Assembly (NCBI RefSeq): GCF_006345805.1 | Contig: NC_042998.1 | Coordinates: forward strand, 172,856,001-172,920,000 | DNA from: Octopus sinensis | Lineage: Eukaryota | Direction: 5' to 3' | Length of the DNA: 64,000 nt | Shown here: one piece after another, positions 1 to 12,300 of the stretch | Position numbering within the stretch: the stretch's first letter is position 1 | How the letters are laid out: each line of letters begins with the position of its first letter | Made by a program: the position numbers and the translations under genes | Notes under the pieces: generated by a model | Database searches by the model: none | What the model was told of the DNA's origin: nothing | Seen by the model: the letters and a program-made list of their open reading frames with translations, nothing else

Positions 1-2387
1 GATTCTTGCAATATCTCAATCAATAAACTTGGCATAGATAGTATATTTGCACATCCTTCAAATGTAATGCAAAGGCAGATGATCGACTCAGTATACAGAG
101 AAAATCCAAATGCAAGATCAAATGTAAGCTTGAAGAGGTTCACACCATTATGTTGTCGAAGGATAAAATTCAATGTGCCACTCAAGGCGTCGCGCACAAA
201 AAGTAAAAAGTGAACACACACACACACACGTGTGTATGTATGTATGTGCTTGTGCGTGCGAAGGTGTGTTTGTATGTGCGGATATGGTTCCATATATGTG
301 TGAGTTTGTCGATTTTATTTCTATATAGGCATTTGATCCTCTTCTGTTTACTTCGAACGCTTCAAATATAATTTAACCTAAACAACTAGAACCTAATATT
401 TGCAGGGTTCTTCCACACAGAATGCCAAAAATGCATACGAGACGATGTATGCTTAAAAGCTAACCATCTATACGCCATGTCAGTCATGAGAAGGAAAGAA
501 ATGAGAAGAAAAAACGCGGGAATGAACAAATGAAAGTGAAAAGAAAAAGAAGACGGAACGGTGACAATGATAAATACATATATAGTCATAAACAAAGAAG
601 CGAAGAGAAATACTGCAGATGACTAACGATGACCGACATTAAGAAGCCAAATGCCAATCAACTTGAATGCAAGTTCATCGAGGAAGAAAAAAATTACCTA
701 AAGTATATAAGAAGTTACTATTAACTATGTTTCAAACAGTTGCAGTAGTACTACGTCAGTGATCAGTTTGCAATAACGTGATACAAATGCTAGCCTATTG
801 CAATTAATTCAAAGTGAATTTAAATGTTTTTGTGTGTTTTAAATGGTTAACGTAATCGATATCCTATGATTTAGCTAATACTATACGTATATGCATTCGC
901 ACACACTCACATACTCAGAGATATTAAGCTGAAACTTTATGAACTGCGACTCTGAGATTTTTAATCCATAAAAAATTTTTAAACCGTGAAGAAATCATAC
1001 AACTTGACTTATATACGTGAAATACAAACCATTGAATATGCAGATTAATGATACGAAATTGTTTGCTTTGATTAGATCATGTCACAGTATAATTATAGAA
1101 TGCTGTATAATTATTTCATAGTAAATAGTAAAAACCAAAAAGCTCACAGGTTTTCGCAAAATCTAGGTTAATCATTGCTATATTAAAAGAATTAGCATCA
1201 AACTTCTTTACAACAGGCCATTATCAAAAGAAAGCAATTGCCATGCATGTGTGATTATTTTTGTATCTAATTTACTGATTGAAGTATAACTTTTAGCGAA
1301 AACAGATATTTGGAGCCACGATTTTTTTATCAAAGTATAAAATTCAATTCGAAGCTGAGAAAATTCATATCAAAGTTTATTACTTATACCATTAAGGCAA
1401 TTAGCAAAAAATACAGTTATTTCATAATGTTAAATTGGCTGTTAGCTTAATTCGAAGAATCATTGAATTTTTTTTTTTTTTGCTTAATTCTGAGAATAAT
1501 AGTGTCTGTGAGTCTTTTATTGAATAAAACCTCACTTGCTCGTGTCCCAGAAATTTAATCTCAAATATCCGTTCAGTGCTAAAATATTTTATCGCTGTTA
1601 ATCAAAATATTTGTTGAAATATTGTAAAATGTATTGCTGATGAACAAACGCACTCTAAATTCGTGATTAAATCAAAAATTGAATTAAACAGTGAAGTCAC
1701 TAAGGATAAAAACTATATTGGTGATTGAAAAGAGAAACACACTTTTTCTGAATCCTTAACTGTAGATAGAGAGAAATATAAGATGTTCAAATAATAATAG
1801 TTAGGAAAGTAAGTTATAGAGTTCAAATCAAAGTAAATACAAAATGCATCTAAGTATAAAAATGTGTAAAATAAACTAATATATGAAATAGACAAAAGTT
1901 AGCTTTTATACAATTCAATGATATCCACAAGAAGGCAAAAACTGCCGGTTTACCAGGATAATTATAATGCTAAAAGAAGGTCAATTGTCGGCACATCTTA
2001 ACTTGAAGAAATGATATTTATAAAAAGAGGATTAATAAACAATGTACTAATAAGCACGAAATATGTAAATATAACTCTAGCTGAAATTCAAGACATAGTA
2101 TTTGATTTTAGAGGAACAAATAAAAAGTAAATACAGATCAAACAGCATGAAAGGTATAAAAATAAAGAGAAACACAATATAATATTCTCGTATATCTGTT
2201 TCTTTTCCTTTCTTCATAGAATGGATATTTACCCTCTCTTTTTTCAAATGATACTTTAATGTTACTCTGCTAAAATAACGTTTTCAATCCCCTACGCACT
2301 TTGCATTTTAGCTTTCAAATGGTGTCATAACGCTGCCTAAACTGGCCGGACAAAGAACGGAACGCCAGATCGTCGCCGAGTTACCCA

Positions 2388-2514
2388 TTTACACCTAAAC
2401 CGATCGAAGCAACATGAAACGAAGTGTTTTGCTCAAGAACACAACGTATAGCTACTTTGGAATTTGAAGTCACGATCTCGCGACCTATGTGCAACACCCT
2501 AGCCACTAGGCCGC
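2388..2514 (-). mobile_element. Degenerate tRNA-derived SINE head (family S1)
   Basis: Reverse complement shows a tRNA-like A/B-box head followed by TTGTGTTCTTGAGCAAAACACTT, shared with copies at 2756, 7573, 17182 and 45688. Confidence 0.6.
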
Positions 2515-2755
2515 AAAAGGTTTTCGGCAGTTATTAACGATAAAAAATTCTCTCATAAATGGCGGTGCCAGATAAAATAATAATTTTTTTTTGATATCCG
2601 TTTACTTCCAGTTAGGTATCAGACAGATTCGTTCTATGAACCTACGAAACTTTAAGCTGCATGGAGTTAAGTCAAACTTTTATTCAATAACATGTATACA
2701 TAACATGTACACATATATGTGAGTATAAAGGTAAAATTCATTTTTGAGTCATAAG

Positions 2756-2962
2756 GGCTGGTTTCCCGGTTTCCGTGGTGTATATATTCCCCACCTGGAT
2801 GGGACGGCTGTCTGTCACAGGATTACTCATTTTCGCCAGCTGAATGGACTGGAGCAACGTGAAATGAAGCGTTGTCTTCAAGAACACAACGCGTCTCCCG
2901 GTCCAGGAATCGAAACCACAATCTTACGATCGTGAATACAGAACCCTAACCACTAAACCACG
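2756..2962 (-). mobile_element. tRNA-derived SINE (family S1-like)
   Basis: Minus strand reads CGTGGTTTAGTGGTTAGGG...GGTTTCGATTCC (Pol III A and B boxes), then the S1 core GTTGCTCCAGTCCATTCAGCTGGC. Confidence 0.75.
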
Positions 2963-3548
2963 TACTTTCACTCATGAGTGTGTATATACACGCGTATATA
3001 CATACATACATGTTCATATACATACGTATATATCTGTGTTCGTTTATGTACACATACCTGTACATACACTTATATATGTATATATTTTAATGAATACAGA
3101 AAAAATATATAGATACCAGCAATTTAGGGAAAACAGCAATTAAAAATATTTATGTATGAAGGACTCATGAAAAATATCAATATTTAAGTGGAAGATAACG
3201 TGAGACTGAATGGATCTACTCTGAATATGCTTTTCTAAGCAGGTGGAAAGAACCTAGAAGAGGGAAATTTCCCATGCCTTGGACATGGCAAAGTAATTTC
3301 AGGTTTTTTTGTGCAGGGTTTACCCAGGATTACCCAAAGTGGAGATTCTATTTATTTATTTCTATACTTTCTATTATATATCCTCTGTTATATCCTTTAT
3401 TGTGGTGGTATCCTCCCTCGATTGATGTTAACCCCACATGCTTTTGTAGTTTTTGCGACTTATTTTGTGCTGTAACTCGTCCTTCGATATTTTCCTCCAT
3501 GTCTTGGGCCTTGTGGCCAGTAAAAGAAATCCTTATTATTATCGTTAA

Positions 3549-3688
3549 GGCGGTGAGCTGGTAGAATCGTTAACACACTGGACAAAATGCTTAGCGGTAT
3601 TTCTCCCGTCACTACGTTCTGAGTTGAAATTCTGTCAAAGTCGACTTTGCCTTTCACTCCTTTCGGGTCGATAAAATAAGTACCAGTG
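3549..3688 (+). mobile_element. SINE family S2 (GGCGGTGAGCTGG... head), truncated
   Basis: Same GAGCTGG...GTTCTGAGTT...GTCGACTTTGCCTTTCA...GGGTCGATAAA..AAGTACCAGT sequence recurs at 25326, 39262-39920 and 42800. Confidence 0.8.
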
Positions 3689-3715
3689 AAAGATTGTGTC
3701 TATAATAGAAAGGAA

Positions 3716-3716
<1 letters not shown>

Positions 3717-3764
<48 letters not shown>

Positions 3765-4380
3765 GAGTGAGAGAGCAGTACATGCCATGAAAGTGACACT
3801 GGGGTTAAATATACGAAACCCAGTATACCCATCATGACTACCCATCTTATAAGGGTACACTAGGCACATGCATCACAACCATATGTGCACGACATAGTAA
3901 CCTCATATCAAGAGAAACAGCACATGACTTTGCAGGTGGGGCCCAGTTAGAGTTTTCTTCTGGCCGAGTAACCCATCCCACTCAAAAGGTCCCTGAATAA
4001 GGGTTGTTTAAGGATTTTGAACAAAACACCCATGTTTCCAAAGGTGAATTAGTCAAACCCCAAAAAATCCCTCTCAACACATGGCTATAATGCTTCCCCG
4101 CTACTTCTGCTCGTGATCAGAGATGCACATATCGTCAGCCACTAAGGGACATGCTCAACTGGTTAACGTCAAACAACTGACATGCAAATCTCTGGTATTG
4201 AGCAGAATATTTGCTGCAGCCCGTCTTTTATACCAAGACAAAACAATGTACATGATAACACTTCCAATCAGTTAAGATCAGAAGCCACGAGAGCCATTGC
4301 CTGGTATTGCATCAAAGCATTTAGTATTGCATCGGCTGGGAAACGAACCCAGGTCGCCTGCGTGGCAGGCGAGCATTCTA
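3717..4380 (-). mobile_element. Long tRNA-Gly(GCC)-derived SINE with (AAT)n tail (family S4)
   Basis: 4328-4380 reverse complement is TAGAATGCTCGCCTGCCACGCAGGCGACCTGGGTTCGTTTCCCAGCCGATGCA, the 3' two-thirds of a tRNA-Gly(GCC). The body recurs at 54671-54993, and (TTA)n at 3717-3763 is the tail. Confidence 0.75.
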
Positions 4381-5944
4381 TTATTATTAGTAGTAGTAGT
4401 AGTAGTAGCAGCAGCAGTAGTAGTAGTAGTAGTAGTAGTATGAAGTGTAAAATATGATAAGAAATGGTGTGTTTATTAGATTATGGAGGATAAAAGCAGG
4501 CTTTGTGTTCTACAAATGTGACTGAGAATAAGGAAAGGAGGTAAGCAATTCTTTCGAGAGGAATTTAGCATATGTGGGAATGTGGTTGATGAGGATTTGA
4601 AGGGAAGATTAGATCTTCGTAAGATGAGGAAGACGCATATATGAGCAGATGAATACTGAATAAGTGAATTAAAAGTAAAACTAATAATGAACTGCTGATA
4701 TAAAAAATAAAAATAGTATATTTTCTGATCACATGTTCATATAGAATATACTTTAGAGATATAAATCGATATAAAAACTAGAGTAAGAATGTTTGCCACT
4801 TGATTGAGAGTGAAAGCAAAAAATGATAGTGTATGAAAAATTCGTGAAGAACAACGCTTAATTAGATGGTTGCCAAGCAATGACAAGAAAGCTTGCAAAT
4901 GAAAAGTGAATATATGTTTACTGGCCAACTTGAAAGGAGTCTATTGGTGTAAATACACCTGAAGTATTTAAAAGAAATATTTCAAAAACTAGATGTGCTG
5001 TGATGGAGATGTGTTGAATAAAACCTAATGCCATTTTGACTAGGCATGTTACTGTTGGAAATATGGTGATAATTCATGGAGTAAGCTTTGATAGCAATCT
5101 TTTGAAAGTAAAAATAAATGGATATTTGTCGGATTATTTAAAGTGATAAGGAAATAGACATCATAGTTAAGAATAGAACAAAGAAGATGAATATGATAGT
5201 AAATAATAAAAAAAGGAAATGCTTACATTATTTTTACGTTGTTACGCTCTAATTTTTACTTTGTAAATTATTATATTTTATCATTTGTAAATTTTTTCTC
5301 CGTAGATTTTGTTATATATCTTTTTGCATTTTGTCATTCATTCGCATTTGTTTACGTCCACTTTTAACTATAGCTTTTATTCGAATATATATTTCTTTGT
5401 CACTGTTTATTTTTTTAACATCATTATATTATATAGTCGTTTCATTATTATATTTTCATTCCTACATATTATTAAGTTGTATCCATATTTACAGGCATAA
5501 GTCACGTTTGAATTTTAAATTTTTAATCAATTAAATTATGGCTTGCACAGCAAGGTTCGGCTAATATATTTGTACACAGGCATATTTGTCTGTTAATTAC
5601 ATTCGTAACTGTTAAAATATTAAAATAGAGAAATTTTTATTGAATTATAATAAAGGTATGAAGAGTTCTGACGATTGAGGTTGCAGTTAAGACATGTTTC
5701 TGTAAAGGACTGAGTGTCTAACGAACGTTAAACGCAACTCATGAAACACGTGTAGAAGAGAAATTTAGAACTGAAATAGTAAGTATTAAAATAAAATTCT
5801 ATGATATGGTGTGATGTATATTAGGATTTGATGAATTGCATGGGGACTTCTATCTCTAAATAACATATATTTCTTTATCGAGAATAATTCATTTTATTTG
5901 AATCCCTGTGACGCCGGAATTTTTATTCCCAAATAATTAAAATA

Positions 5945-6004
<60 letters not shown>

Positions 6005-6108
6005 TATATCTATATATTATATATACATATATATATATATATTATATATATTACATATATATAGAGTACATTTATATATAAATATTACATATATACATGT
6101 ATATATGC

Positions 6109-6144
<36 letters not shown>

Positions 6145-6170
6145 ATATATAATATATATATATATACATA
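5945..6170. repeat. Imperfect (TA)n microsatellite
   Basis: Seen directly in the sequence. Confidence 0.95.
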
Positions 6171-6343
6171 TTGACGATGTTTTCCTATGTCTTCCCTCCT
6201 CTGGATCTTTCCTTCTCCTATGTTTCCGACGAAGAGCTCCGCTCCAAACGTTAATCCCTCCTTCTTTCCTGAGCGTCCAATAATACTATATTTGTTCCAC
6301 GTACTCGCGTTGTTGTGGTTTTTTTGTGCTTTCTAGTTTGGAT

Positions 6344-6390
<47 letters not shown>

Positions 6391-6452
6391 AAATCTTTAG
6401 TTAAATATATTCAATGAGATTATTATATACTGAATTTATATTGAGTGCTCAA

Positions 6453-6890
6453 TTGTATCAAAGTATTAATACTATTAAAGTATTTATATTATTTATATTT
6501 ATATTAATGATTATTTTTAATAATATATTCTTTTTATTATTAAGAAATCAATATCAAAACTCCTCAGAAAGATATACACGTGTGAAAAATAATTGTTGTA
6601 TTAAAAATATATTAAAAAATAAATATAAATATGTATAAAAATTATTTAAATATGTATAAGTATAAATATATTGTATCAAAGTATTAATACTATTAAAGTA
6701 TTTATATTATTTATATTTATATTAATGATTATTTTTAATAATATATTCTTTTTATTATTAAGAAATCAATATCAAAACTCCTCAGAAAGATATACACGTG
6801 TGAAAAATAATTGTTGTATTAAAAATATATTAAAAAATAAATATAAATATGTATAAAATGTATGTAAATATGTATAAGTATAAATATATT
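6453..6890. repeat. Tandem duplication, ~218-bp unit, derived from the PLE-1 arm
   Basis: 6453-6670 and 6671-6890 are near-identical. Both contain AAATCAATATCAAAACTCCTCAGAAAGAT, also found at ~8627. Confidence 0.9.
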
Positions 6891-7308
6891 ATAGGCGCAG
6901 GAATGGCTGTGTGGTAAGTAGCTAGCTAACCAACCACATGGTTCCGGGTTCAGTCCCACTGCGTGGAATCTTGGGCAAGTGTCTTCTGCTATAGCCCCGG
7001 GCCGACCAATGCCTTGTGAGTGGATTTGGTAGACGGAAACTGAAAGAAGCCTGTCGTATATATATATATATGTGTGTGTGTTTTTGTGTCTGTGTTTGTC
7101 CCCCTAGCATCACTTGACAACCGATGCTGGTGTGTTTACTTCCCCGTCACTTAGCGGTCCGGCAAAAAAGAATAAGTACTGATATATCGATAGAATAAGT
7201 ACTGGGCTTACAAAGAATAAGTCTCGGGGCGAGTTGCTCGATTAAAGGCGGTGCTCCAGCATGGCCGCAGTCAAATGACTGAAACAAGTAAAAGTGAAAA
7301 AGTGAAAA
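6891..7308 (+). mobile_element. tRNA-derived SINE family S3 (CORE-like; resembles the octopus OR1/OR2/OK class)
   Basis: Head GGCGCAGGAATGGCTGTGTGGTAAG...GGTTCAGTCCC, then CTTGGGCAAGTGTCTT, a central TA/GT tract and the 3' end GGCGGTGCTCCAGCATGGCCGCAGTCAAATGACTGAAAC. Other copies at 18722, 20903 and 23845. Exact family name needs Dfam/Repbase. Confidence 0.85.
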
Positions 7309-7349
7309 TAATGTATATGACAGTTTAAAACGTTTTAAATTATTTAAAG

Positions 7350-7441
7350 CATCTAACGATTGTTTCACAGAAGAGTTGTCCCCATAATGAAATCCTATAT
7401 TGATAAGCATTTATAGACAACGTTTCTGCTCTTCAGAGATA
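7350..7441 (-). ncRNA. Type I hammerhead ribozyme, PLE-1 copy 1 (palindrome damaged)
   Basis: Minus strand: TATCT (stem I), CTGAAGA, long stem II, GAAA, CAATC, GTT cleavage triplet, AGATG (stem I). Confidence 0.6.
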
Positions 7442-7572
7442 TAAAATTTGGATTGTGTATAACATCGAATGATAGTTTTCTTTTCTAAAAATTGAAGTAA
7501 AACTATAAGAGGTTGTTTGTTTGAAAGATATATTAAAATTAAAAATTACTGCTTTTGATGAGTCTTTAAATC

Positions 7573-7826
7573 CGTGTACTCCTAATGTAGTTCTCAGGGG
7601 GATTCAAGGTGACACAGAGTGTGACAAGGCCGGCCCTTTGAAATACAGGTACAACTCATTTTTACCAGCTGAGAAATACAGGTACAACTCATTTTTACCA
7701 GCTGAGTGGACTGGAGCAATGAGAAATAAAGTGCCTTGCTCAAGGACTCAACGCGTCGGCGGGAATCGAACTCACGACCTCACAATCGTGAGCCGAATGC
7801 CCTCACCACTAAGCCACGCGCCTTCA
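7573..7826 (-). mobile_element. SINE S1, 3'-truncated copy inside the left arm
   Basis: Reverse complement of 17182-17398. It stops at AGTACACG, whereas the right copy continues to ~17500. Confidence 0.85.
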
Positions 7827-8516
7827 CTATGATGAACTAAATCTAGTACACATGTAGGATTTCTTTCGTTTACAGTTATTTAATTAACAAAGCAATCAAG
7901 TAAATTACCAATTTAACCACAATCTGTTAGGTATTTTTCAACACGACAATTTAGGTAAAGACACTGAACAGTCATTAAAAGATAATTACTAAACATAGGA
8001 GAGGTATAACTTATGTTTCATCTACTATTGTACCCAAACGAAAAAATACAATCACTCAATCTTGTTCTAAAGTTTCATATACTCGTATGGACGTGAAGTA
8101 TGGAAAAAAAGCAACTTGAAGATTGGAGAATAAGGATTTGAGGAAGGACTTGTGCAAGCCTAGTCTAATATCTACACTGAAATTTAAGTTACTTTCCTCA
8201 AGTAGTAAATAATTATTGATTGAAATGCACCCTTGTATTTTGTTTACTGTGGATTGTTTGGAATTTTTACAGAGCATTACCCAGTATCGCTAAAATTCCG
8301 TGGGGAATGTTGTTCTTTGATTTTAGATAATGTGAGTAAAGCAAAGTGAGTGAGTAGATCCCTACTATCAAAGTTTGTGTACCGTTTATCCTGATAGATT
8401 TTATTCACTGTTAGAGATTTCAACGATCTCCCATACTCGGTAGTGTACTGAAGATTATACTATTGCCAAATTTCTCGTAAAGTGAAACATGAAAATGTAT
8501 ACATATATATATATAT

Positions 8517-8554
<38 letters not shown>

Positions 8555-8564
8555 TATAATATAT

Positions 8565-8597
<33 letters not shown>

Positions 8598-8778
8598 TAA
8601 TAATAATATATCATTATTAATATTAGGAAATCAATATCAAAACTCCTCAGAAAGATTTTAAAAATAATTGTTGTATTAGAAATATATAAATAAATAAATA
8701 TAAATATGTATAAATATGTATAAGTATAAATATATAATGTATATGACAGTTTAAAAGTTTTGAATTAATTATTTAAAG

Positions 8779-8870
8779 CACCTTACGATCGTTTCACAGA
8801 ATGTTGTCCCTATAATGAAATCCTATCTTTGATAAGTATTTATAGACAACGCTTCTGCTCTTCAGAGATA
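8779..8870 (-). ncRNA. Type I hammerhead ribozyme, PLE-1 copy 2 (best preserved core)
   Basis: Minus strand: TATCT, CTGAAGA (8865-8859), GCAGAAGCGTTGTC...GACAACATTCTGT, GAAA (8795-8792), CGATC, GTA, AGGTG. ACGATCGT is palindromic. Predicted cleavage 3' of position 8784. Confidence 0.75.
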
Positions 8871-9320
8871 TAAAATTTGGATTCTGTATAACATATCGAA
8901 TGATAGTTTTTTTTTTTAAATTTGAAGTAAAACTATAAAATGATGTTTGTTTGAAAGATAAATCAAAATTAAAAATTACTGCTTTTGATGAGTCTTTAAA
9001 TCCATATATACTTCCTTGGTTATTCTTCTTCAATAATCCATAATATTCATATGTAAAATCCGTTATATTATCTTGTATTCCAAATATAGTTCATATAGTT
9101 AGTTTAGAAGTGTGAAATTTGTATATACTTTAGTATGAGAATCTTGAAATTCACATGTCTTCCTGGTAATTCCTATGTAGCAATCCATAATGCTTTTGTT
9201 TTGGTAATTCCTCTGTAGCAATCCATAATACTTTTGTATAAAATTCATTATATTATCCGGTAATCCAAATATAGTTCATAATACAAAATCATTTAAAATT
9301 ATATGTGAAGTTATAAAATT

Positions 9321-12300
9321 GATTTTTTATTACCCACAAGGGGCCAAGAAAGAGGGGACAATACAATCTGATTTTGGGGTCAGATGTGCGAATGATTATA
9401 CAAAAAATGACATTAAAAATTTTACAAAAATAATAAAATATAATAAAATCGAATGGTAGGACAGATCGGAAGACATTACGGATGGCGTGAGGGCGGGTAT
9501 AATTCGGACCCCACGAGCCCCGCCTCGCCATTGATACCTGAGATACATCCTGTTTCGCATTCATGAGGTTCCATCCACACGCAAAATCCATGCTACATTC
9601 TTCCATCGATTTTCAAACATTTTCACAGTCAGGCATTTTTTCTCTAGCCTTATTTTCCTTTTAAGGTGAAAGGTGAAGTAATTCACTAATTCAGGTCCAG
9701 AGATGAAAGTGCCTGGCTTTAAGCTTTTCAGCCTCCTTCTCCAAATTACCTCTCTCGCAATTGCTACTACGATGAGAAAACAATTCTTACCTTCTTTCGA
9801 AAGGAAATTAGGCGAGTCAATTTTTACTATAGACTCAGTCGATAGCTCTACTCTTCCTGCACTTGACAACAGTTGTTCAGCATAAACCCACACATCTGAC
9901 TCCTCCGAACATTGAACAATAGCATGCGGGACGGTTTCCCTGTGCCCCGCACGCAACTTAGACAGGTCGAAGTGCCACAGCCACCATGCCTTGTGAGCTT
10001 GTTCCGAACAGGTAAGCCTCCTCTGTAACACTGCCATGCCAGAGACTTCTGAAAGTTGTCCAGGGTCTTCGGCCCGAATGTCTCCGGCGCATAGATCTGG
10101 GAATAAACCCGTTCTGCTGCCAGGTCGCGTAGACATTCGCCAGCAGGTGCTCGAACAAGTCTGGCATACTCTTATACAACTCATAGGATACACCATCCAG
10201 TTCCGGCGCCCTAACTGCGCCGCAGTCTGCCATAGCCTCAATTGCCTCCTCCGGCGTGATCGGCCCTTCACAGCACTCCGCGTCCCACCCCGATAGGCGC
10301 GGCAGCCCGGCGAGGAGTCCGTTAGGTCCCTCCTACTATCCGGTCCGCCGCCCCAACCAAAAAGCTGGGCGAAGAGCTCCTGAAAAGCCTCATATATCTC
10401 GGGCACGTCTATCAACTTACCTTGTTGGTTCGTCAAAGATCGGATTGTGGCATCATTACCACGTTGGGCTTCCACCACTCGGGCCCATCCTGCGGCCTTG
10501 ATTCCCTCACAATTCACTGCCTGAAGCCTATCCCTGACAATGCAACCCATGTGTTTGGCTTCAAGGTACTGGTTTAACGCCAGTCTCTTGGCATTCAGCT
10601 GAGCCACAGAGCCAGTTTTCATTGCTTCCTCTAAATCCTTAACTAAAACTGATTCCCTCCTAACCTCTGTAGCCACTAAACCTTTGCTATATCTAATAGA
10701 CTCAAATTTAATGTCTCGCTTGAGGGCATACCACCATTTATTATTAATAATGGAACCAGTTAATGCCCTCTGAATCAACATCTTAATCCGATCTCTTTAC
10801 TCCTTAATCGCCAAAAGGGGCGTATTAAGTTCCCAGTAGCCGGAGCCCCTATTATATATCTTATCTATGTCAAGCTTACAGGTGACCGGAGGAAACTGTG
10901 GACACCTACCTATCTTTCTATCTGCTTTTCTAATTAACACTGTATCTAGGTATGACCTGGAAGATCCGTCGCTATTTGACCATGTCCACAATGGAGCGTT
11001 CGGATATTCCAGCCTATAAGGATCTGCTGGCTCAAAGCGGCTTAGCAGTTCCAGGAAGCAATGAATACATTTTCTATCTGTACAGGAACCAACATAATCT
11101 ACGCGTGCCTCGCAAATTGTTTTTATAGTCTCCTAGCACAACTAAAGAATGTGATGTACCAAGAAACTTCTCCAGATTCCGAAAATACTCGCTTTGCCTA
11201 GTTGGCGTGGGTGCATAAATTGCAACCAGTGTTATAACTTTACTACGGCTGAACATCAAGTCCATGACGACCAGCCTACTGTCTGGATCTGAAAAAATTA
11301 ACTTTTTCTCAGAAACCCGATTTTTTTAAAAAGGACAAACACCCCGCTCCCACTAAAAGGACTGCTAGGAGAGAAAAAAACTCTCATAGCCATCCAACTA
11401 CTGGAGCAGATCTCTTGGCCCCCTTAAACGGGTTTCTGTAAGAATAATAACACCCAAATTATGCGACCTGATGTCATTAAGGAAGCGGCCTTGCTTCCAG
11501 CTTGACCTCAGGCCACGCACATTTATACAACCTACATGAATGTTTGACATTGCTTACCTTTGTATCAGTGGTTCGAGGTTCAATTCGTTCTCGTTTTCTT
11601 TCTCCTTTTCCCGAGCTCGTGGCGTATTTGGATGTATGCCCTCGTAAATATATGGAGAAAAATCCATTCTGAGAGGGCTTACGTCGTGAAAGAATTCGGA
11701 CTTAATCCGTCCGTAATCCTTCCGGCCTATCTTGTAGATGAGAAAGCCTTTTGATGATGTTTTTTTCAACCCGTTTGGCAGATGAAATAGCTGCCAAACG
11801 GTTAATCAGTCTATTGTTCGATGCCTTGATGACCGTGTATGTATTTTCATTTTCATTCTCGTTTTTTCTTTCTTAAGTTCAGTTTAGTAGGGGCGGTCTG
11901 TGTTTTGTTTCCTTTTTTTTGGAAACAATCGACAATCCTCCTCTCTGTCTTTCTCTTCACCCCCTTCTGTCGATATTGTTGTTAACTCTACTTTCACTGT
12001 TGATGCTGGCGTTTCATTTGTTCTTCCTTCTAATACTTCTTCTTGTTCCTTTTCTTTCGGTTTACATTCCGACCTGATGTGGCCCTTCAACCCGCAGCTA
12101 AAACACCTTGGTTTTCTTCCTTCAACAAATACTATCAATCTTTCTTCTCCGCCGACATTTATACTTTCTGCAATCTCTTCGAGGGTTGCGACTTCTACTT
12201 GAATTACCATTGTCAAGCATTCTCCCTTCCAATTCTCCTCCTTTTTCACAGAGGCTTGGAGAATAGTTATTTTTTAATCCAGGCCCATCGTGATAGCATC

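Larger units (their letters stand above)
7573..9320 (-). repeat. Left arm of PLE-1 inverted repeat (continues at 13053-13133 after the Tx1 insertion)
   Basis: Reverse-complement match to ~15690-17398 along its length. Confidence 0.9.

Noticed and set aside
1-213. Open plus-strand frame from the window edge (DSCNISINK...KSKK*) with a GTAAG at ~123
   Set aside because: No recognisable motif, it is truncated by the window edge, and a 70-codon open frame can occur by chance.
3060-3545. Segment between SINEs that looks repeat-derived
   Set aside because: No second copy in the window, and no coding or ribozyme motif was found.
4328-4380. tRNA-Gly gene
   Set aside because: It lacks the 5' acceptor strand and D-arm start and is fused to a repeat body, so it is treated as a SINE head. 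Other tRNA-like heads were rejected for the same reason.
6453-6890. CRISPR-like or other prokaryotic array
   Set aside because: It is a simple two-unit duplication in eukaryotic DNA with no repeat-spacer structure or cas genes.
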